In this document: piece by piece, positions 6,322-12,508 of the stretch
Numbering within the stretch: position 1 is the stretch's first letter
Layout: the number at the start of each line of letters is the position of its first letter
Assembly (NCBI GenBank): GCA_029858565.1
Contig: JAOUEV010000081.1
Coordinates: 1 to 12,508 of the forward strand
DNA length: 12,508 bases
Direction: 5' to 3'
Source: Nitrospirota bacterium
GTDB lineage: Bacteria > Nitrospirota > UBA9217
The notes under the pieces: model-generated
Told to the model about the DNA's origin: nothing
Seen by the model: only the letters and a program-made list of their open reading frames with translations
The model's database searches: none
Made by a program: the position numbers and the translations under genes

Positions 6322-7482
6322 CTATTTTCGGTTCGCTCCCCGTGGTTTGAAGAGCGTGCGCACCCCGTGGAAGAGCAGGAACAGCGGCAAACGGATGAGC
6401 ACCCATCGCTGGAAGCGGACATAGTCGCTCTTTCCCAGGGCGATATCGACATATTGTTCCAGCGTCCCTTTGTGCGTGAAGAACAGGGTGAGGAAGAACC
6501 GGGGATAGCGATCCAGCAGCCGGGCCATGCGAAGGGCGATCCTCAAATCTTTGAGAAGCAGTTCTTCACACCGGTCTTCATACCAGGCCGTGCAAGTTCC
6601 CGGCTCATTGCCCTGTTCCGCGATCGCCTGCGCGGCAAGCGCTCCGGACAGCACGGCATTGCCCATGCCCTCGCCGTCAAAGGGGTCCGCGAACCCGGCC
6701 GCATCCCCTGCCAGCAGGACGCGCTGTCCGGTGATCTGTCGTTCAATCCCGCCCAGCGGTATGGTGTGGCCCCGTGTCCCGGTAAGGGTGATGTTCCGGG
6801 ACCGGGCGAACTCCGCCAGACACTGCTGCGCCCCGGAAAACTCCTCTGCCAGTCCCACAACCCCCACGGAATCATACTCCCGGTGCGGGAACACCCAGGC
6901 GTAGCCTTGCGGCGCTATTCCGAAATGCATCTCGAGCGTGTCGCCGCGCGTTCCGGCTGCAGCGGGCACGGAGGAGACCAGGGCAGCCAGGATCTCCGTC
7001 CGCGCAAAAGCGGAGCGCAGCGACCGTGCCGCGATGCTGTTCGCGCCGTCCGCGGCCACGACATAGCGGCTCCGGTAAACACCCTGCGCCGTCCTGACCT
7101 CAACGGTGTCCCTCCCATCGCTGACGCCGGTGGCCTGCTCGTCCTGATGGAAATCAGCGCCCTGCTCGATCGCCTTGTTTGCCAGAAACAGATCGAACCG
7201 TTCCCGGCTCACCATCGCGCAGATCCGCTGCCTTTTCCTGACCTCGACCCTCTCCGGTCCATAGTGGACACTGATGGCGAAACATTCCTGGTCAATGATC
7301 TCCGGGGGGAGAGGGAAACCGAGCCGGCTGATGGAGCGCTGCGACAGGGCGCCGCCGCAGGGCTTGGGCCGGGGAAAGGCAGCGCGGTCCAGCAGCAGGG
7401 TTCTCAGGCCGCGCCGTGCGCATTCCCCGGCGCAGGTGGAACCCGCTGGGCCGGCACCGATAACAATGACGTCGTAGACCAT
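6322..7482 (-). CDS. Geranylgeranyl reductase-family FAD-dependent oxidoreductase
   Basis: YDVIVIGAGPAGS dinucleotide-binding motif, FPRPKPCGG, RERFDLFL, VVAADGANS, GYAWVFP, LLAGDAAGFADPFDGEGM. SD GAGGG upstream of the ATG. Confidence 0.92.
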   Translation of the reverse strand: MVYDVIVIGAGPAGSTCAGECARRGLRTLLLDRAAFPRPKPCGGALSQRSISRLGFPLPPEIIDQECFAISVHYGPERVEVRKRQRICAMVSRERFDLFLANKAIEQGADFHQDEQATGVSDGRDTVEVRTAQGVYRSRYVVAADGANSIAARSLRSAFARTEILAALVSSVPAAAGTRGDTLEMHFGIAPQGYAWVFPHREYDSVGVVGLAEEFSGAQQCLAEFARSRNITLTGTRGHTIPLGGIERQITGQRVLLAGDAAGFADPFDGEGMGNAVLSGALAAQAIAEQGNEPGTCTAWYEDRCEELLLKDLRIALRMARLLDRYPRFFLTLFFTHKGTLEQYVDIALGKSDYVRFQRWVLIRLPLFLLFHGVRTLFKPRGANRK

Positions 7483-7618
7483 ATGGTTCCCTCAAGACGG
7501 TGAACGCCTGATTTGATCACACAGTCACCGAGGGCAGGACGGAAAGCTGTCCCCTGGTGATCCCAATTCCCCCTGTCCCAGCGTCTCCGCGGCAGCGGTC
7601 GTGATCATGCAGTCCCGC

Positions 7619-8203
7619 TCACCTCTTCCGTCCATGGAACAACTCGCTTCCCGCGCCGGGGTAGATCCTCCGCTCGCTCTTCGGGGTAGGTGTGGGAACG
7701 GGCGGCCATTTGACGGTCCGGGGTTCCGCGCCCTCCTTTGCCAGAGCGGTCGGCTCCCGGTCCGCCATGAGCGGGCTCTTCCTGATGTCCGTGCCCGGCA
7801 CGTAATAGCTGAACTCGATCGGGATGCCGTTGGGATCGTAGGCATAGATCGAATGGATGAATCCATGGTCGATGACCTCCGAGACCCAGACCCCCGCCGC
7901 ATGCAACCGGTCCTTTAATTCCCACAGCACATCGTCGCTCTCAACGCCGAAGGAAACATGATCAAAACAGAAGGGGCCGGACGCCGGGTGTCCATGCTCC
8001 TTTTCCTCCACCGGCCTGACATCGGGCCATTCAAAGAACGCGACCATGTCGTGGTCCGAGACCTGCAGGAAGTACTGGCGGTAGCCGGGCTTGCCAAGGC
8101 CTGCCACGAGCCGCATGCCCAGCAGGTCCCTCCAGAACAGGATCGTTTCGTCCATGTTCCCGGTTGCAAGTGCGAGGTGGTTCACGCCGCTGTATCTGAT
8201 CAT
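7619..8203 (-). CDS. VOC (glyoxalase/bleomycin-resistance/dioxygenase) family metalloprotein
   Basis: GVNHLAL...FWRDLLGMRL, VAFFE, FDHVSFGV, SIYAYDPNGIPIEF give the H/E/H/E metal-ligand pattern of paired beta-alpha-beta-beta-beta modules. SD-like AAGGGG upstream. Confidence 0.9.
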   Translation of the reverse strand: MIRYSGVNHLALATGNMDETILFWRDLLGMRLVAGLGKPGYRQYFLQVSDHDMVAFFEWPDVRPVEEKEHGHPASGPFCFDHVSFGVESDDVLWELKDRLHAAGVWVSEVIDHGFIHSIYAYDPNGIPIEFSYYVPGTDIRKSPLMADREPTALAKEGAEPRTVKWPPVPTPTPKSERRIYPGAGSELFHGRKR

Positions 8204-8384
8204 CGCAAAAGCCCCTTTTTTGGATGCCTGACCTGACTTTGAATCCTCAAGTCACAGGAAAGCGCAGAGTGACCTCAAGAAGTCCTGTTCTCAGGCTTGG
8301 TGACTCAATTGTACCGCAGGATGTCGGCAATTGCCATGAGCAGGAGCACATTATTGCACCTCCTGAGCCTCGGCACGGGCTTTT

Positions 8385-8393
8385 TGCTAGAAT
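8385..8393 (+). promoter_or_regulatory. Putative sigma70 extended -10 promoter (TGcTAGAAT) of the ATP synthase operon
   Basis: TG-C-TAGAAT matches TGnTAnnnT (5/6 to TATAAT). It ends 6 nt before ATG 8400, and there is no convincing -35 at 17 bp. Confidence 0.55.
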
Positions 8394-8399
8394 AGAGGC

Positions 8400-8714
8400 A
8401 TGGACAAGGACATTCTGAACGAAGTGATCGAGGCGGAGAAGAATATCCAGCGGTGTTTGGAAGCAGAGCAGGCCCGGCTCGCTCTCTGGCTCGATCAGGT
8501 GCGTCGCGATGCCGAGGAATCAGTGCGTGCCGAGGAGCGGAACAACGGCGACTCCGGCAGGCTGGCCCTTGAGGAAGCGAAGCGAGATGCCGCGGCCCGG
8601 GCACGGCAGGTGGTGGCGGAAGCGGAGCAGCAGGCGCGGTCGCTGGCACGGCTCGACGACAGCACGCTGGCAGGCATCGTGATGAAGCGCATTCCCCGTA
8701 TCCTGATGGAATGA
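8400..8714 (+). CDS. V/A-type ATP synthase peripheral-stalk subunit G (archaeal subunit H equivalent)
   Basis: 104-aa Glu/Ala/Arg-rich coiled coil (ILNEVIEAEK...EEAKRDAAARARQVVAEAEQQA), positioned immediately before subunit I as in Thermus and archaeal operons. Confidence 0.75.
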   Translation: MDKDILNEVIEAEKNIQRCLEAEQARLALWLDQVRRDAEESVRAEERNNGDSGRLALEEAKRDAAARARQVVAEAEQQARSLARLDDSTLAGIVMKRIPRILME

Positions 8715-8718
8715 GGCC

Positions 8719-10596
8719 ATGATCATCAGAATGTCGAAGATCGAGATCGCGGGGCCCAAGGACCTTCTGCAGCAGGTCCTGTCCCTGCTGCGCGAACTCG
8801 GGCTGTTCCAGGTCGAGCCCGCTGCCATCGGGTTCATCGACAGCGCTGACGAGCAGCATGTACGCTCGTTCTCGCTCGACGAAAAGACGACGATCGAACG
8901 GCTTTACCTCGAAGACCTGCGGCTGAAGATCGACGATCTGGTCTCCCTCCTTCCTCATGCCGCTGTCCGTGAAAGTTATATCGACCCCCCGACGGTGATC
9001 GAGGCGCTGGCGCGCATGGTCGACCATCACACGGTCCAGGCCCGCGAACTGTCGGAGCGGCGCGACGCCCTGCAGAAAGAACGTGTCGAACTTGAACGGA
9101 ACGCAGTGTTCCTGAGCGCCGTCGCGTCACTGCTCCAGAGCGCCAAGGAGACGCCGAACCTCGAGTTCATCGGGCTCACGGTGCGCGACCCCGCGATGGT
9201 GGGCAATCTGCGCGAGGCGATCTCGCGCATCACCGACTGGAAATACGAGTTCCAGACCGGGACAGCGGGCGACGGCACGGTGGTGGGACTGATCACGGTC
9301 GAAAAAGCGATCGCTGACAAGGTCAAGCGGTCCCTTGCCGACGAGCAGGTGCCTGAGCTGACCTTTCCCGCGGCTTTCGGCAGCATGACATTCACCGAAA
9401 AGATCGCTTACGTGAACCAACGGAAGATCGAAGCCGCGGCGGAGATCGAAGGAGCGACCGCTGCGCAGGAGCGGTTCGCCCACCGGTGGCTTCCGCTCTA
9501 CCGGAGCGTCCGCGACTGGATCGACGGGCGGTTGAGCCTGCTGCGCACGACGGCATCGGCCTATGAGACGAAAATGTGCTTTTTCATCCACGGCTGGATG
9601 CCCTCCCGGGACCTGGAACGGATCCGGGGAAGCCTGCTCCGGTCCCTTGGGCCGCAGGTCGTGGTGGAGGAAAAGGAAATGCGCGAGCAGGACCTGGAGC
9701 ATGTTCCCATCGCGCTCAGGAACCCGGCCTATTTCCGGCCCTTTGAGCTCATGACGAGCCTGCTGCCGCTCCCTGCCTACAGGTCCTACGACCCCACACC
9801 GTTCATCGGCATTTTCTTTCCGATCTTTTTCGGCATCATCCTCGGCGACGCGGGCTACGGCCTGGTGCTGCTGCTCGGCGCCTGGTATCTGCGCAAGCGT
9901 TTCCGCGGGGACCAACGGATCCATGACGGCGGAACGATATTGATGATCTCCTCGGGCTACACGATCTTCTTCGGCGTGCTCTTCGGCGAGTTCTTCGGCG
10001 ACCTGCCGGAGCGGCTGTTCCATCTCCAGCCGCTCTGCGTGGAGCGGCGCACGGCGATCGTGCCCATGCTGATCTTCTCGCTTGCCATCGGTGCGGGCCA
10101 TGTGGTGCTCGGGCTGCTGCTCGGGGCAATGAACGCTTTTCAGCGGAACCTGAAGCGGGAAGGGCTGTTCAAGGCGCTCAGCATCGTCGTTATCTTTCTC
10201 ATCGCGGCGGTCCTGGCGTCGTTCTTCGGCGTCTTCCCGCTGGTGCTGAAGCGTCCGGCGGTGCTTCTCATCCTGTTCCTCACTCCGCTCCTGCTCTTTG
10301 CCGGCGGCATTCTGGCGCCGCTGGAGTTCCTGAAGAGCATCGGCAACATCATCTCCTACGTGCGCATCACGGCCATCGGGCTCACATCGGTGCTGCTCGC
10401 CTATGTAGCGAACCAGCTCGGGGGGCTCACAGGCGATGTCGTGCTCGGGGTGGTCGTCGCCGGGCTGATCCACGGCCTGAACATCGTGCTCGGCGTGTTC
10501 TCGCCAACGATCCACTCGCTCCGGCTCCATTACGTGGAGTTCTTCAGCAAGTTCGTGGAGCACGGGGGAAGGAAGTTCGAGCCGCTGAAAAAATAG
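8719..10596 (+). CDS. atpI: V/A-type ATP synthase subunit I (a)
   Basis: N-terminal MSKIEIAG, soluble domain ending IHGWMP, PIALRNP, YDPTPF...FFGIILGDAGYG, GEFFG, essential Arg in GNIISYVRITAIGL, and HSLRLHYVEFFSKF...GGRKFEPL. Confidence 0.97.
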   Translation: MIIRMSKIEIAGPKDLLQQVLSLLRELGLFQVEPAAIGFIDSADEQHVRSFSLDEKTTIERLYLEDLRLKIDDLVSLLPHAAVRESYIDPPTVIEALARMVDHHTVQARELSERRDALQKERVELERNAVFLSAVASLLQSAKETPNLEFIGLTVRDPAMVGNLREAISRITDWKYEFQTGTAGDGTVVGLITVEKAIADKVKRSLADEQVPELTFPAAFGSMTFTEKIAYVNQRKIEAAAEIEGATAAQERFAHRWLPLYRSVRDWIDGRLSLLRTTASAYETKMCFFIHGWMPSRDLERIRGSLLRSLGPQVVVEEKEMREQDLEHVPIALRNPAYFRPFELMTSLLPLPAYRSYDPTPFIGIFFPIFFGIILGDAGYGLVLLLGAWYLRKRFRGDQRIHDGGTILMISSGYTIFFGVLFGEFFGDLPERLFHLQPLCVERRTAIVPMLIFSLAIGAGHVVLGLLLGAMNAFQRNLKREGLFKALSIVVIFLIAAVLASFFGVFPLVLKRPAVLLILFLTPLLLFAGGILAPLEFLKSIGNIISYVRITAIGLTSVLLAYVANQLGGLTGDVVLGVVVAGLIHGLNIVLGVFSPTIHSLRLHYVEFFSKFVEHGGRKFEPLKK

Positions 10597-10613
10597 TGTC
10601 CAAGGAGGTCCCT

Positions 10614-10838
10614 ATGAATCTCGAAAAAGTACTGATAGCGTTTTGCGCGGCATTGGCGATCGGCATCCCGGCGATCGCAACGGCGTGGGCGCAGTCCCGG
10701 ATCGGGGCTGCCGGGGCAGGGACGCTGGCCGAGAAACCGGAACTGACCGGCACGGTCATCATCCTGGTCGCTATTCCCGAGACCATGGTGATTCTCGGCT
10801 TTGTGGTCGCCACGATGATCCTCTTCACGGTGAAATAG
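10614..10838 (+). CDS. atpK: V/A-type ATP synthase proteolipid subunit K (c), single hairpin, 74 aa
   Basis: Strong SD AAGGAGGT at 10602-10609 before ATG 10614. Two hydrophobic helices, AQSRIGAAGAG, loop AEKPE, and the ion-binding Glu in IPETMVILG. Confidence 0.95.
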   Translation: MNLEKVLIAFCAALAIGIPAIATAWAQSRIGAAGAGTLAEKPELTGTVIILVAIPETMVILGFVVATMILFTVK

Positions 10839-10839
10839 C

Positions 10840-11406
10840 ATGGGCTGCAGGGAGCTGATCGAGTCGCTGCGCCAGGCCGGTGATGGACGTGCGCGCGCGG
10901 CCAGGGCCGAGGCCGAGCAGGAGGCGGAGAGGATCAAGGCCGACGCCGCCGGCCGCATTGCCAGGGTCAGGGAGGCGAACGAGCGGAAGCGCGCCGATGG
11001 GGCAGCCCGTCACGAAGCCACGGTGCTGGCCGAAGCGAATGCCGAGGCGCGTCGGATCAGGATCAGGGCCGATCGCTTGCTCGCCGAACGGCTTCAAGCC
11101 GCCGCGCGGTCGGGCCTTTCTTCGCTCAGGAACGTGGGGTACGAAGGAGTGTTCCGGGGATTTGCCCGGGAGATGCCCCGGGTCCCCTGGAAGAAGGTGC
11201 AGGTGAATCCCGCTGACGAACCGCTCGCCCGGGAGATATTCCCTGACGCCGAGATCGTCACGGACAGTTCGATCACCGGCGGATTCGTCGCCCTGTCGGA
11301 AGGCGACCAGGTCAGGGTCGTGAACACCTTTGAAAAGCGCCTCGAGCGTCTCTGGGATGAAATACTCCCGGATATGATCAACGAGGTGCGGGAGATGTTC
11401 CGGTGA
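10840..11406 (+). CDS. atpE: V/A-type ATP synthase subunit E
   Basis: N-terminal coiled coil (MGCRELIESL...AEAEQEAERIKADA) and C-terminal VQVNPAD and ITGGFVA...VVNTFEKRL motifs. Located directly after subunit K. Confidence 0.9.
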   Translation: MGCRELIESLRQAGDGRARAARAEAEQEAERIKADAAGRIARVREANERKRADGAARHEATVLAEANAEARRIRIRADRLLAERLQAAARSGLSSLRNVGYEGVFRGFAREMPRVPWKKVQVNPADEPLAREIFPDAEIVTDSSITGGFVALSEGDQVRVVNTFEKRLERLWDEILPDMINEVREMFR

Positions 11407-12422
11407 GATCAATGGCAGACCGCCCAGCCATTGCCGGTGACCGGCAGCACGGCGGATTCCGTGGACTGCTGACGGACAGGGTCCGTTCGGGGTATCCGGC
11501 AGAGTATCTTCTCACGAGGCTGCGCGGAAGGCGCGCGAAGCTGGTCTCGAACTGGAAGACCCTTGTCTATGCTCCTGATCTTTCCGGGGGGCTCAGCGCG
11601 TTACGGTACCAGGGGTTCGTGCGTGAGCGGACCGTGGAGGGAATGTGGCGGTCGCTGCTGCTGGAGCACCAGTGGGTGTTCCGCCAGATGGACGAAAGAC
11701 TGCGCGCGGTTTTCGCGCCCTATTTCGTGCACGCCGAACTGCGGACGCTGTTCATCAGCCTTCGGTCGCTGGCGGGCGAGAACGACCGGAAGGTCCCGGA
11801 AGTGCTCAGCCACAGCCTGCTGTCCGGACGGGTAAAGGCGGCGTTGAATGCAGAAGATGCGGCAGCGGCGCTTCATCGGACCGAGACGATCCTGTGCGGG
11901 ATCTCCCCGCGTTTTGCCGGGATCGCCGCGCTGTACGAACGTGAAGGCGCCCGTGCCGGAGAGCAGGAACTGACGACCAGGCTGTTCGCCGCGATCCTGG
12001 AGGCCCCGCTCCATCCCGTGATCAGGCAGTTCTTTGAACGGCTTGTGGACGCGAGGAATGTCCTGTCCTTGTACGCGCTGCTTCGCGCGGGAAGAGATGA
12101 ACCCGCCGTGTTCATGCGGGGAGGGGCGATCTCTCTTGATCGGCTGCGCGGTATCCTGGAGAAGGGGGATATTTTCTCGGTCCTGCCGGTCGTCAAACAG
12201 GCGTCAGGCGTGGTCATTCGTGACCCGGAGGCGGTGCAGGTCGAGGTCGCTCTTTATCGGGGCGTGACGAGGTTCGCGAAGGCCGAAGGACGTGATCCGC
12301 TGGGGGCCGGCTTGATCCTGGACTATCTCTGGCGGTGCTCGCTCGAGGTCACGAACCTGGGCCTGTTGTACGCGGGAAAGGACCTGGACCGGGAAATGAT
12401 ACTGGCCGAGCTGGTGCATTGA
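11403..12422 (+). CDS. atpC: V/A-type ATP synthase subunit C (d / AC39 family)
   Basis: YPAEYLLTRLRGRRAKL N-terminal motif, RLVDARNV, and C-terminal DPLG...ILDYLW...EVTNL. Size (~339 aa) and position between E and F fit. Start is GTG 11403 (GTGA overlap with the E stop) or ATG 11412. Confidence 0.85.
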   Translation: MRSMADRPAIAGDRQHGGFRGLLTDRVRSGYPAEYLLTRLRGRRAKLVSNWKTLVYAPDLSGGLSALRYQGFVRERTVEGMWRSLLLEHQWVFRQMDERLRAVFAPYFVHAELRTLFISLRSLAGENDRKVPEVLSHSLLSGRVKAALNAEDAAAALHRTETILCGISPRFAGIAALYEREGARAGEQELTTRLFAAILEAPLHPVIRQFFERLVDARNVLSLYALLRAGRDEPAVFMRGGAISLDRLRGILEKGDIFSVLPVVKQASGVVIRDPEAVQVEVALYRGVTRFAKAEGRDPLGAGLILDYLWRCSLEVTNLGLLYAGKDLDREMILAELVH

Positions 12423-12453
12423 AAAACAGCAGGCGGGAGTCAGGGGAAGCAGT

Positions 12454-12508
12454 ATGAAGAAGATCGTGTTCATAACAGCCCGTGACGCGGAGTTCGGGTT
12501 CCGTCTGA
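12454..12508 (+). CDS. atpF: V/A-type ATP synthase subunit F, 5' fragment running off the window (not in the ORF track)
   Basis: Manual translation from ATG 12454 gives MKKIVFITARDAEFGFRL, matching the subunit F N-terminus pattern (K-I-x-V/F-I...D...GFRL). Preceded by AGGGGA and in the expected position after subunit C. Confidence 0.8.
   Translation, partial: MKKIVFITARDAEFGFRL

Noticed and set aside
8232-8336. Imperfect inverted repeats (TGACTTTGA/TCAAGTCA; GAGTGACC/GGTGACTC) and a minus-strand TACAAT (8308-8313) upstream of the VOC gene
   Set aside because: The repeats need bulges or mismatches and do not match the GACA-N3-TGTC motif. The -35 at 17 bp is only 3/6, so support is insufficient.
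8371-8388. CGGCACGGGCTTTTTGCT resembling a sigma54 promoter before the ATP synthase operon
   Set aside because: GG-to-GC spacing is 12 nt, not the strictly required 10. The overlapping extended -10 explains the site better.
1-12508. CRISPR arrays, tRNA/rRNA genes, IS elements, integrases or defence genes
   Set aside because: I saw no regularly spaced direct repeats, RNA-gene signatures, transposase or integrase motifs, or terminal inverted repeats.

Overview
GC-rich bacterial window with three blocks; the gene content suggests a deltaproteobacterial/Nitrospirota-like anaerobe (inference only). (1) 1-6176, + strand signalling cluster: 3' part of a PAS histidine kinase, a REC-HD-GYP cyclic-dinucleotide phosphodiesterase, an orphan PhnD-family periplasmic binding protein, a pentapeptide-bearing chemoreceptor, CheW and a doubtful small ORF. 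(2) 6322-8203, - strand: a VOC/glyoxalase-family gene and a geranylgeranyl-reductase-family flavoprotein. (3) 8400-end, + strand: V/A-type ATP synthase operon in the order G-I-K-E-C-F, cut by the window end. The most striking unannotated signal is two sigma54 (-24/-12) promoters, one before the HD-GYP gene and one before the binding-protein/MCP/cheW unit. Each has a tandem pair of GACA-N3-TGTC palindromes 20 bp apart at exactly the same distance from the -24 element. This suggests one enhancer-binding protein co-activates c-di-GMP breakdown and a binding-protein-dependent chemoreceptor module. The ATP synthase operon may be transcribed as a leaderless mRNA.
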